Positions 15,848 to 24,103 of a DNA stretch of 64,000 nucleotides are shown in pieces. The number at the start of each line of letters is the position of its first letter. The first letter of the stretch is position 1. This DNA comes from a virus: positions 1 to 64,000 of IMG/VR virus record IMGVR_UViG_3300006871_000008; one strand, written 5' to 3'. The notes under the pieces are model-generated. The model was not told the origin of the DNA. It ran no database searches and was given only the letters and a program-made list of their open reading frames with translations. The translations under genes were made by a program, and so were the position numbers.

Positions 15848-15859
15848 GCGCCGGGCCTT
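15829..15859 (-). terminator. intrinsic terminator
   Basis: AAGGCCCGGCG-CTTGA-CGCCGGGCCTT then TTT. Confidence 0.8.
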
Positions 15860-15940
15860 AAATTCCCCTACCACTATGGCTCGCGGTAGGCTGGCGGATT
15901 CAGGGTTGTGCAGACTTTGGCCCTATAATCCCTACAGTCG

Positions 15941-16513
15941 TTACAACGGGACACCATACCGGCATCGAAGCGAAGTCGCTACTGCGATAGCGTCCGCAAC
16001 CGCTTCGTGGGTAATTTGGTGCTGTTGTCCGGCCCGTCGCAAGCAGTCAGCTAGGCTTGGCGGGACTTCATCAATCGTCGGGTCGAAATATGCCATACCG
16101 GGGTCTAGGAAGCGGTACTTGAATTTCATCGTGGACATAAAACCGCTCAAGCGCCGCAGGAAGCCGAAGTCGAAGCCACCAAAGTTCTTGCCCGCGATAA
16201 GCAGGCTCTTGGCCTTCATATCCCACCCGCATTGCTTGACCCAGGACGCCAGGACCGGCACAACGTCGTCGGCGCAGTTGTAGCTGAAACCCTCCGGCGT
16301 CTCGGCCAAGCGCCCAAGAATCTTGCCATTCAGGTTAAGCGCGAACGGCTCCCCGACGTACAGCTTGTGGCGAACGTAGGTGTGAAACGTCGGACACTCT
16401 TTGAGCGGTCGGTCAAGGAAATCGAACACGCCGCCAATTTCAATAATCTGGCAAGTGTCCGGGTCTAGGCCGGTCGTTTCAATGTCAAGACTAAGATACG
16501 GCTGCCACTTCAT
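15941..16513 (-). CDS. DEDDh 3'-5' exonuclease
   Basis: LDIETTG, GKNFGGFD, HEAVADA. Confidence 0.9.
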   Translation of the reverse strand: MKWQPYLSLDIETTGLDPDTCQIIEIGGVFDFLDRPLKECPTFHTYVRHKLYVGEPFALNLNGKILGRLAETPEGFSYNCADDVVPVLASWVKQCGWDMKAKSLLIAGKNFGGFDFGFLRRLSGFMSTMKFKYRFLDPGMAYFDPTIDEVPPSLADCLRRAGQQHQITHEAVADAIAVATSLRCRYGVPL

Positions 16514-17000
16514 CGGGCGGTCCTTTCACTTGCGGGTTGTCTGGAAGAATCAGAATGTTGGAATCGCGGACCAGTAGCGGTGTCGTCTGGATATTGAGCC
16601 AGATTCGCCGTTGGCCTTCGATGTAATTGCCGGTCGCCAAGACGATCACTTCGTCGCAAACGGCCTGAGCGCTGTAGTCGGTATCCCGAAAGAATCTCTT
16701 GTACTCAAACAGAGTCTCGTTCGGGATGGGGTAGAATGTCAGCTTCTCGTCCGGGTGCTGCGCCAGGGCAGCCTCCAAGTCGGTGATAAAGCCGCCGACC
16801 ACCGGGGCCAGGAAGCCTTGAATCAGGTCGTTTCGCTTGCACGGATACGGGACGCGGGACGCTGCAAAGAACCAGTCAGTCTCGCCCTTAACCCAAGCGC
16901 GCGACTCCCCTGCCGGATTCAGCCGGTTCTTGAACACACGTTTGATTTGTTGGGCAGCGTAGCCAGCGGACCATTCAACGAGTCTTTGCATAACAGTCAT
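16491..17000 (-). CDS. hypothetical protein
   Basis: AGAGGA SD before ATG 17000. Confidence 0.65.
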   Translation of the reverse strand: MTVMQRLVEWSAGYAAQQIKRVFKNRLNPAGESRAWVKGETDWFFAASRVPYPCKRNDLIQGFLAPVVGGFITDLEAALAQHPDEKLTFYPIPNETLFEYKRFFRDTDYSAQAVCDEVIVLATGNYIEGQRRIWLNIQTTPLLVRDSNILILPDNPQVKGPPDEVAAVS

Positions 17001-17011
17001 TTGTTTCCTCT

Positions 17012-17707
17012 CTAAAAGCGGCAGTCTTGACAAAACCCATCACGCAGCTTTCCATGCTCGACCCACCACGCACAATGGTTGCAGCGACATAGGCCCATGT
17101 CGGCCATTACCGCCTCAACTTCTGGCATAGGTGCTTTACCAGTGGGGATGCCGAGCGCCATCATAGCGCCAGCCACGGTTGTCGGCGTGCCTTCGAGCAT
17201 CCGTCGAATCGACTGATACTCGCTGTACGTCAGCTTAGTATCCTCGGCCTTTTCGGACACGCCACGGGTATTGCGGGACAAGCGAGCCTCTAAGTTGAGG
17301 CTTGCGGACTTGGCTGATGCTTCGCTTGAGTCCTTTGGCTTTCCCGCACGCAGGGCATTTACGATCTTCTCCCGGCGTGGGTTCGAGTTCTTCCGTTGTG
17401 TGCCCGCACTTGCAGGCGTATTCATAGAGAGGCATGTTTCTTTCCTGTGTTTTTCACAAGCGGCTTGTGCGGCCTTCAAGGTCTTAAAGCGCTTGTGTGG
17501 TTCAACAAAATAACTCCAAACGTCGCCGTTTGGCTGCTTGCGTTTCACGCTGGCTTGATAGTGCGGTGGTGGCACGGTGACGCCGTAGTATTCCTCACGA
17601 AAAGTTATCTCGTAAGTCTCGTCAGCGCCCCGGTTGCCAGTCCAAACTTTGGCCCGACCGCCCTTGCGTTCCTTCCAATAGCCGTGTGTCCAAACGATAG
17701 GATTCAT
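17012..17707 (-). CDS. hypothetical protein (may be two genes), C-terminal zinc ribbon
   Basis: ORF; CNHC..FCQDC; contains nested FmdB-like ORF. Confidence 0.5.
   Translation of the reverse strand: MNPIVWTHGYWKERKGGRAKVWTGNRGADETYEITFREEYYGVTVPPPHYQASVKRKQPNGDVWSYFVEPHKRFKTLKAAQAACEKHRKETCLSMNTPASAGTQRKNSNPRREKIVNALRAGKPKDSSEASAKSASLNLEARLSRNTRGVSEKAEDTKLTYSEYQSIRRMLEGTPTTVAGAMMALGIPTGKAPMPEVEAVMADMGLCRCNHCAWWVEHGKLRDGFCQDCRF
17235..17435 (-). CDS. FmdB-family zinc ribbon protein
   Basis: MPLYEYACKCGH...CPACG; AGGA SD. Confidence 0.8.
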   Translation of the reverse strand: MPLYEYACKCGHTTEELEPTPGEDRKCPACGKAKGLKRSISQVRKPQLRGSLVPQYPWRVRKGRGY

Positions 17708-18051
17708 GCTTCGACCTTGACTGGTTTGTTGCCCTGGACTTCGTGCATGAAGTCAATGAGCATATCCCACTTCGTCTCGAACGCCTCGAAACGAAACACC
17801 TTGTCAAGCATGAATGTCCGCAAAGACGCCTTGTACCATTGCTCTTGTGCCGGTGGCCCGCCCCAAAACAAAAGGCGAACCTTGTCGGCAGGAGCGTCCA
17901 GGGAGTTTAAGTCCCTGAACAGCCGGTGCATTTGGTCAACGGTACGCCATTGCCCGGCGTACTCGACGTGTTCCTTGCCCTCGCCGAAACCGCTAATCAC
18001 GTCAAGGGCATCCCCAATGCTAATCGGTCCCGTCTTGCTTTGCAGTAGCAT
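17704..18051 (-). CDS. hypothetical protein
   Basis: ORF with SD. Confidence 0.7.
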   Translation of the reverse strand: MLLQSKTGPISIGDALDVISGFGEGKEHVEYAGQWRTVDQMHRLFRDLNSLDAPADKVRLLFWGGPPAQEQWYKASLRTFMLDKVFRFEAFETKWDMLIDFMHEVQGNKPVKVEA

Positions 18052-18292
18052 CTACGCCTTCCTGTAGTTGGGGAATCTCAAATCGGCATTTGCGGACATG
18101 CTCGACACCTTTAATTGTAACCCGCGTTCCATAGGGTGTCAAGCCGGTGAGTATCCAAATATCGCCGGACTGCTCAAGTCCTATAACCTGCATAGTCCGC
18201 AATTTGAATTTCTCCCCTTCAACCTCTATAATCTGCACGCTATCGCCGCATTGAAACGGCGTGCCGTCGCAGTCAACGGGCGGGAAACTCAT
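18020..18292 (-). CDS. hypothetical protein (SH3-like beta barrel?)
   Basis: D.DG...GD.V pattern; ATGA coupling. Confidence 0.55.
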   Translation of the reverse strand: MSFPPVDCDGTPFQCGDSVQIIEVEGEKFKLRTMQVIGLEQSGDIWILTGLTPYGTRVTIKGVEHVRKCRFEIPQLQEGVDATAKQDGTD

Positions 18293-18507
18293 TTCGGCGT
18301 CCCTTCTGGCAGAATTACGATGCGTTCCAGTGACGTAATCTTGACCGACCGGCCTTCGGGATTGCGGGCGTGGACGGTGTAGCCGCCTGCGCCATTCACA
18401 ATACCCTCGACACGCGCGGTGCAAAGCCACATGCGCGACCCCTTACGAACGGGATACGCGAGTCGTTGGCCGACCTTGATTTCGCGGCCAGTAACATCAG
18501 TTGCCAT
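18289..18507 (-). CDS. hypothetical protein (SH3-like beta barrel?)
   Basis: DVTGREIKVGQRLAY pattern; GGAG SD. Confidence 0.65.
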   Translation of the reverse strand: MATDVTGREIKVGQRLAYPVRKGSRMWLCTARVEGIVNGAGGYTVHARNPEGRSVKITSLERIVILPEGTPK

Positions 18508-18748
18508 TTCGTTCTCCAATCGCGTCTTTAAGTGCCCGATACAACAAGTCGAAGGCTAGTAGGCACTGGCGAGGAAAATCCTCGACTCGCCCCGACTTCC
18601 ACAACTTGCCACCGGCATCGTACAGCCGGTAGTTATAGTTTCCCTTTGTCTTTGACCCGGTGGCGTCGTTGGCAATCTCAGCCACGCCAAGCGTCCGCTT
18701 AGCGGCTTTCGAGCCAAACGGCCATATCTCAACGGTTACTCTGAGCAT
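18497..18748 (-). CDS. hypothetical phage protein
   Basis: MLRVTVEIWPFG..IAND..GNY; GGGAGG SD. Confidence 0.75.
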   Translation of the reverse strand: MLRVTVEIWPFGSKAAKRTLGVAEIANDATGSKTKGNYNYRLYDAGGKLWKSGRVEDFPRQCLLAFDLLYRALKDAIGERNGN

Positions 18749-18899
18749 CGACAGCCTCCCGCAGCAGTCGGTGTAACTGCTCGTCAGTGATTTGGTCCTT
18801 GGCGTTCATACACCAAGCGCAAGCTGGCATACCCTCGAAGTAGAATTGCGGAGTGTTGGTATGCACTTCGCCGCAGTCCGCACACTCTACTATTCGCAT
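18729..18899 (-). CDS. small zinc-ribbon protein (56 aa)
   Basis: manually translated MRIVECADCG...CAWC. Confidence 0.55.
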   Translation of the reverse strand: MRIVECADCGEVHTNTPQFYFEGMPACAWCMNAKDQITDEQLHRLLREAVDAQSNR

Positions 18900-19651
18900 C
18901 GCCGTAGCCTCCCGCCCACGACTTCGTACATGGGCACGTTATTCTCTTTGCAAATGCGGCGGCAATAGTTCCTGCTTAGCTCAATCAGGGTGCATGAGAA
19001 GCCAAGCGCCTTGGCGACTCGCAGGGTAGTGCCTGTGCCGCCGAACGGGTCAAGGACTTTGCCGCCGCGCGGCGTAGTGAACCTAAGCGCCCGATCAACC
19101 AGCCCTTCGTGTAGCTGTGTTGGATGCCAAGTCCGGCGCTGAGCGCTGTTGCCGGTCACTCGCGGGAAGTCCCACACGTCGCCGGGCACACGCCCGCCTT
19201 TAGCGGCCCGCTTGTCGCCGTTCAATTGACGCCAAGATGGAACCTTGATTCTGGATGGATAGAGCGGCGCTCGCTTATGCCGCAGCCGCAGCAGAGGGCG
19301 GTGATTGTTGGCACAGTCCCCGCCACGATATTGCCCGAACGTGAAGGTCTGGACAAACGGCTTCATTTCGACGTTGTTAAGCGCCGGGTCGGGGTTCTCG
19401 ATTAGCTCATGCTTGTACCGAATGTCGTGCCGCGAGTTGTACGACACCCACACGGTCTTGGATACTTCCAGCAGCCGGGCGGTCGTATCGACCAGCCACT
19501 CGGCGTACTCGGCATCACTAGCCCAACGGTCCTTGAACACGTCGTAGTTCAGCTTGATACCGTCTGGCGGGTCTGCAAAGCAAGTGTCAAACTCGCCGAC
19601 CAGCGGGAGCGCATCTTCTGCACGGGCGCAAATGACTCGGTACTTGCTCAC
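18890..19651 (-). CDS. beta-class N6A/N4C DNA methyltransferase
   Basis: FADPPD (motif IV variant), DVWDF, HPTQ, VLDPFGGTGTT, IELS; GTGA-coupled start. Confidence 0.88.
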   Translation of the reverse strand: MSKYRVICARAEDALPLVGEFDTCFADPPDGIKLNYDVFKDRWASDAEYAEWLVDTTARLLEVSKTVWVSYNSRHDIRYKHELIENPDPALNNVEMKPFVQTFTFGQYRGGDCANNHRPLLRLRHKRAPLYPSRIKVPSWRQLNGDKRAAKGGRVPGDVWDFPRVTGNSAQRRTWHPTQLHEGLVDRALRFTTPRGGKVLDPFGGTGTTLRVAKALGFSCTLIELSRNYCRRICKENNVPMYEVVGGRLRRCE

Positions 19652-19986
19652 TTCATTCGGCTCCGAACGTCTGTCAGGACTTCCTGCAACGTCCAATAGT
19701 GCTTCATCTTCATCCCCGCCATCGACTTAAAGCGGCGGAAGATAGACACAGCCTGCTCCCACTTGCTGTCAAACAGCGGAATGATGCGGTTTGGTGGCGG
19801 CGGTTGATTCGCCGGATAGCCGTCCCGCATATTGATTGTCTCGATAGTGCCATCGAACAGCCACCAGCGGCCCACAGCATACAGGCCCCAACAGGAGTAG
19901 AACGGCACGTAGCGCAGCCAGCGGTACGTCTTAATGTACCACGGCTGGAATTGATAACGGTCATCTTTCATTGGATACCATTCCAT
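19648..19986 (-). CDS. hypothetical protein
   Basis: ORF packed in operon. Confidence 0.65.
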   Translation of the reverse strand: MEWYPMKDDRYQFQPWYIKTYRWLRYVPFYSCWGLYAVGRWWLFDGTIETINMRDGYPANQPPPPNRIIPLFDSKWEQAVSIFRRFKSMAGMKMKHYWTLQEVLTDVRSRMK

Positions 19987-20068
19987 CCATTAGCCGCCAG
20001 CCACGCAACCAGTGCATAGATGGCGGCGACTGTGAACGCACAACCCGCGAGGAAGCCGAGAATGAATC

Positions 20069-20497
20069 TTACCACGGAATCCTCGACGAGTAAATGATGC
20101 AGTAGTACGTCCCACCAATACCATCGGCCTTGCCGATTCCGTAGTATTTGAATGGGCCGTTATAGTTGCCAAGGTGTTCGCTTGAACGGAACCAAATAGC
20201 GTAAGCGCCGTCAAGCGATTGAGCAAAGGCCACGTTCTCAGCCAGCACACCGTACAGCTTGACGTGCTGTTGCAGGTCTGTATGCAACAACGTCTTGTTT
20301 GTAGCCATTCGCTCGGCTAACTCTTGAGCGATAGCTGCAAGCTGAATGTTGCGTTGCCGGTGCTTGTCCATTTCCTCATATCTGACGTTGGGAGCAAGCG
20401 TCTGAACATGCTCCATCGTCTTTGGTTCGGCTTCCGCAGGGCGGGCCTGTGCGGCGCAGCCGCACAGAAATGCGAGGGCAAGTAAGGCGTACTTCAC
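20069..20497 (-). CDS. CAP/SCP-domain putative lipoprotein
   Basis: LAFLCGC lipobox-like; AQ..AE.MA..L.H, AENVA, W..S..H..N, YGIG motifs. Confidence 0.8.
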   Translation of the reverse strand: MKYALLALAFLCGCAAQARPAEAEPKTMEHVQTLAPNVRYEEMDKHRQRNIQLAAIAQELAERMATNKTLLHTDLQQHVKLYGVLAENVAFAQSLDGAYAIWFRSSEHLGNYNGPFKYYGIGKADGIGGTYYCIIYSSRIPW

Positions 20498-20733
20498 GAC
20501 AATTCCTTTCCACGTAGGCGCTGAATACCGTGCCGGGTCTTGCGGAGCAAGAACAGCGGCAGGAACGCAAGCGCGATTGAGAGTTGAAAGAGAAGCCAAC
20601 ACGGAACGACAAACGCGGCACAGAGCCACGCGAGGAAGCCAAGCAGCAAAGGCCGCTCAACCACCATCCGTGAGGCTTCAAGATACGATTCGTTTATATA
20701 GCGACGGTAGAGTTTCACAGATTCGGCTCCCAA
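20494..20733 (-). CDS. small membrane protein
   Basis: hydrophobic core; overlaps neighbours. Confidence 0.55.
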   Translation of the reverse strand: MGAESVKLYRRYINESYLEASRMVVERPLLLGFLAWLCAAFVVPCWLLFQLSIALAFLPLFLLRKTRHGIQRLRGKELS

Positions 20734-21092
20734 AGATTGACTTCGTAGCGGGCGGACTCCACACCATCGGACGTGTGAATGAGATTGCGAGGGCCGACGC
20801 CGCCGTACTTCGCCCGCAGCGACAATGCTCGCTCGCGGGCCAAATGGACAGCATCAACACCGCCGACAATCATGGCAAACACTTGGCCGCTGCTCATATG
20901 CGCGACCAGTCGCTCGTAGAAGTCCTTGCCCTTGTGTTCCTGATAATGGAAGCCCCAAATATCCCGGAACGGGGTGAACAGCCGGGCCTTGACGGGCGAG
21001 AAGCATAGCTCGCTGAGTAGCGGCAGCATCAGGCCACGCTCGATGGCGTCCGGCTTCAACAGGACAAAGGTTTTCTCGAACAGTGCGCTCAT
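20715..21092 (-). CDS. ndk: nucleoside diphosphate kinase
   Basis: TFVLLKPDA, HY.EH.GK.FY..LV..M.SG, RNLIHTSD. Confidence 0.95.
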   Translation of the reverse strand: MSALFEKTFVLLKPDAIERGLMLPLLSELCFSPVKARLFTPFRDIWGFHYQEHKGKDFYERLVAHMSSGQVFAMIVGGVDAVHLARERALSLRAKYGGVGPRNLIHTSDGVESARYEVNLWEPNL

Positions 21093-21095
21093 GGC

Positions 21096-21287
21096 TTAGA
21101 ACTTCCAATCTCCAAAGGTGTCGGCGAGCGCCGCGATATGCCAGATGTACAGAACGATGTACGCCACTATCGCGGTGTAAAAGGCCGCAAGACTGAACGG
21201 AAACGGATTCCCGTAAAGCCATGCGATCAGGTACGGCATCGACGCAAACAGCGTCGTAATCTGAAAGGCATTGAACACTCGTAACAT
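21096..21287 (-). CDS. small two-TM membrane protein
   Basis: GGAG SD, hydrophobic. Confidence 0.65.
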   Translation of the reverse strand: MLRVFNAFQITTLFASMPYLIAWLYGNPFPFSLAAFYTAIVAYIVLYIWHIAALADTFGDWKF

Positions 21288-21297
21288 TTGTTTCTCC

Positions 21298-21330
21298 AAA
21301 AGGGGAGGCCCCTGGCCGAAGCCAGGGGCC
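21298..21330 (-). terminator. intrinsic terminator
   Basis: GGCCCCTGGC-TTCG-GCCAGGGGCC then TCCCCTTTT. Confidence 0.7.
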
Positions 21331-21352
21331 TACAGCACACACCGGGCAGCGC

Positions 21353-22405
21353 TTACTTCGTAAACAGCGAACGCAGAATCGAACCGCCAGCAGGCGTCGG
21401 CTTCTGATTGTTGTTAATGACTCCGGCAGCAAAACCCTTCTCGAAGGCGATTGCTTCCGGTGTCTGACCGATCAGGAAGGGATAGGCTTCCTCGTCCGAG
21501 TCGCCGTGTGCGGGTTTCCTATCCGCAGCGGCAGCCTTGAACGTGGCTCCCGTATCCTCAACCTTGATCTTGGAAATCTCGTCCAGAGACGGCAGCTTGA
21601 CTTCGGGGTTAATGGCCCACTCAACTCCGGTTTTCTTGGCCCAACCGACTAGGCGGCGGGCAGGGACCGTGAAGTTGAATTGCTCGCCAGCACCACGAAC
21701 CAACATGCCGACGTATCGACCGTCGCTCTTGAGAAACACGCCGCCACCAGACGAACCGGGAAAGGCAGTCACGGTAGTCTGGTCGAAGATGACGCCGTTG
21801 GCTCCCAGGTCTAGCACGCGACCGATTTGGGACACAACGCCTGTAGTCAACGAGTTGCTACCGACTTGGCCCAAGAGACTGCCGACGTGGTACAACTCAG
21901 TGCCAATTGGCGGGATGGCTTCGTCCAGATAGAAGCTGGTCGTAATGTTCTCGCCGACGTAGTTCTTACGCCGAATGAGAAGCAGCGCCAAATCCTCGCC
22001 TTGACTCGCGTTGCTATAGCGAACCACGCGGGCGTTGAACTTCATTTCGCCGATGCGTCGGCCTTCCTCGGTGAATTCGCGGACCACTTCGGCATCCTCG
22101 AATTCGACCAACAGGCGGGGCGTGCCGCTATCCGGGTCAATGACGCTACGGGTTTTCTTCAAGCCGTCAACAACGTGTGCCGCCGTCCAGACGAACGTGA
22201 CGGTATCGCCGCCGTCCAGCTTGCGGGTGAACAACGTGCCTGAGCCTTGCGAGCGGCCAGCGCGGATTGTTACCGACGTGTCTTGCAAAGTTTGTACGAC
22301 GCCGCCAGTGGTCGGGGCGGTGGGACCGCCCTGGCCGAAGGCCGACGTAACCGACAGTGCCAGCGCAACTACGGTAGCTGCGATGCTAGTGAGAATCAGC
22401 TTCAT
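21353..22405 (-). CDS. secreted trypsin-like (S1) serine protease
   Basis: signal peptide; GSG, TAAHVV, DLALL, PGSSGG catalytic motifs. Confidence 0.92.
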   Translation of the reverse strand: MKLILTSIAATVVALALSVTSAFGQGGPTAPTTGGVVQTLQDTSVTIRAGRSQGSGTLFTRKLDGGDTVTFVWTAAHVVDGLKKTRSVIDPDSGTPRLLVEFEDAEVVREFTEEGRRIGEMKFNARVVRYSNASQGEDLALLLIRRKNYVGENITTSFYLDEAIPPIGTELYHVGSLLGQVGSNSLTTGVVSQIGRVLDLGANGVIFDQTTVTAFPGSSGGGVFLKSDGRYVGMLVRGAGEQFNFTVPARRLVGWAKKTGVEWAINPEVKLPSLDEISKIKVEDTGATFKAAAADRKPAHGDSDEEAYPFLIGQTPEAIAFEKGFAAGVINNNQKPTPAGGSILRSLFTK

Positions 22406-22712
22406 TCGTGGGTTCCTTCGATTCAAGGGATTGTTTACCGAACGCCGCCAGCAACATTGCGGGCGGGACTTGCTCGCGGTTTACAATGGCCGTTAATACC
22501 ATCGTAAGCCGCCTGATTGCAACGACTAACGCCGCAGGCGAGCGTGTGTTAGCGTCATAAAGTTGCACGTCTTGTTTGACCGTCACCCCTAACGCTTGGC
22601 ACACTTCGCCAGTCGCCGTGAGTAGGTGGCGGGAAACGTCTGCGTCCTTCAAAGCATTGAAGGCCGCGATTGCGGACTCTTTGTTGTTTGGCTGTTGTTG
22701 ATTGTCTGCCAT
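22386..22712 (-). CDS. hypothetical protein
   Basis: GAGG SD. Confidence 0.7.
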   Translation of the reverse strand: MADNQQQPNNKESAIAAFNALKDADVSRHLLTATGEVCQALGVTVKQDVQLYDANTRSPAALVVAIRRLTMVLTAIVNREQVPPAMLLAAFGKQSLESKEPTNEADSH

Positions 22713-22724
22713 GTAATCCTCGGC

Positions 22725-22877
22725 TTAGCCTACAATGTAGGGCATATCGTCTTTGCCGTATGCCATCAGGCCGAATACAACGCCGACTGCGAACACCGCG
22801 AAAGCGGTGAAGCCAGACAGTCCGGTGTGCGGACACAATGGAGCGAGCATCAACACGGTTGGAATCACGTACTTCAT
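22725..22877 (-). CDS. small membrane protein (50 aa)
   Basis: manually translated MKYVIPTVLML...; GGAG SD. Confidence 0.55.
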   Translation of the reverse strand: MKYVIPTVLMLAPLCPHTGLSGFTAFAVFAVGVVFGLMAYGKDDMPYIVG

Positions 22878-22930
22878 TGGTATCTCCGATTAGTTGAACG
22901 GTTGATCGGACGCGAGTTAGGGGTAGCGAA

Positions 22931-23422
22931 TCATGGTGGTGCTTCCTTTATGAAGAAAAGGCCCTCAATCGGCGTACCGCAATCATCAAACGCTGCCTGC
23001 ATGATGCCGCCCTTGGGCGGAACCTTCCAGCCGGTTGCTTTCAGGAAGTTGCACGCGATAAGGTTGTTAATGGGAACGATGCACGTTGCCCGCTTCATGC
23101 GCTTGTCTCGCATCAAACGGTCAATCCATCCCACCATCGACTTGCCTAAGCCTTGTCGCCGATACTTTGGCGTGACTGACAATCGCAGCACTTTTAACTG
23201 GCTGCCATCAATCTCATAGGCAGTGAAGGCGATGGGAAGGGAATGTCTCGTAATACAGATTGCGTTTTGAGCCGGGTCATTGGCGAGTTTACGCCAATCT
23301 TCCAAGTCCCAAGCGTTGTCGTAGCCCTTTACATCAATCTGCATCAAATGAACAGTGTCTTGCGGTTCAGCATTTCGTAAGTGCAAACTCACGTTAGTTT
23401 TCCACCATTGCAACGGGTTCAT
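22931..23422 (-). CDS. GNAT acetyltransferase (RimI-like)
   Basis: LSV.P.YRRQGLG AcCoA motif, N..A..FL...GW. Confidence 0.88.
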   Translation of the reverse strand: MNPLQWWKTNVSLHLRNAEPQDTVHLMQIDVKGYDNAWDLEDWRKLANDPAQNAICITRHSLPIAFTAYEIDGSQLKVLRLSVTPKYRRQGLGKSMVGWIDRLMRDKRMKRATCIVPINNLIACNFLKATGWKVPPKGGIMQAAFDDCGTPIEGLFFIKEAPP

Positions 23423-23660
23423 TCGTGTTCTCAATGCTCACTACGGGCGACGTTGACCGGGCCTTCCCGAACAACTTTCCATCCCAAAAGATATTGAGCC
23501 GCTCCCCAACAACCGGCCCATCAATTCGGATGAAGTTACGCCACTCGCCGTCAGCCGCATTCTTGGACACAGTTGAGGCGTCCCCGGTCACACGCCGGGC
23601 ACGTAAATGTACTAGGTCAACTTCGTAAATCGACCCGGTTTCGGTAGTCACTCGAAGCAT
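23394..23660 (-). CDS. hypothetical phage protein
   Basis: TETGSIYEVD...STSPVVSI pattern. Confidence 0.7.
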   Translation of the reverse strand: MLRVTTETGSIYEVDLVHLRARRVTGDASTVSKNAADGEWRNFIRIDGPVVGERLNIFWDGKLFGKARSTSPVVSIENTNEPVAMVEN

Positions 23661-24103
23661 TGTTTTAGCGCCTTCAATGGAAGTAGGCAGCAACCCAGGC
23701 GCACCGGGATTGGCGTGCCTTCGTACAGGGCCAGCATGTCGGCGGGCGTCAGCCGGGCCACTTGAGCGAGCGACTTGCCGATCAAGGACTCACAGAGCAT
23801 TTCCGCTCCGGCTTCGCACAGCACGCACGCACGGCCACTATGCCTTGCATCCACAATTATACCATCGGTCGGGAGAATGTCAAGTTTCACCACGTCCCCG
23901 CAGCTAGGATTCTCGGCTTCGCCGTAAACGGCAATCGGCAACAGCCCGTCAATACTGCCACGATGCTTCTGATTCTCCCAAGCCGCAATGATCTTTTCTT
24001 CGTTCACGCCGGTTTTAGTCCTATTCGGAAGTGGTGTCGGCTTCGGGCCTTCCGTGTGAATAGCCCGATAAACCATTCGGAACATCGTGTCGCCAGGAAT
24101 CAT
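23648..24103 (-). CDS. sufU: SufU/IscU-type Fe-S cluster scaffold (NifU_N); start may be GTG 24007
   Basis: NPSCGD, G.ACVLC.A, G.S, R..CC.L motifs. Confidence 0.85.
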   Translation of the reverse strand: MIPGDTMFRMVYRAIHTEGPKPTPLPNRTKTGVNEEKIIAAWENQKHRGSIDGLLPIAVYGEAENPSCGDVVKLDILPTDGIIVDARHSGRACVLCEAGAEMLCESLIGKSLAQVARLTPADMLALYEGTPIPVRLGCCLLPLKALKQCFE

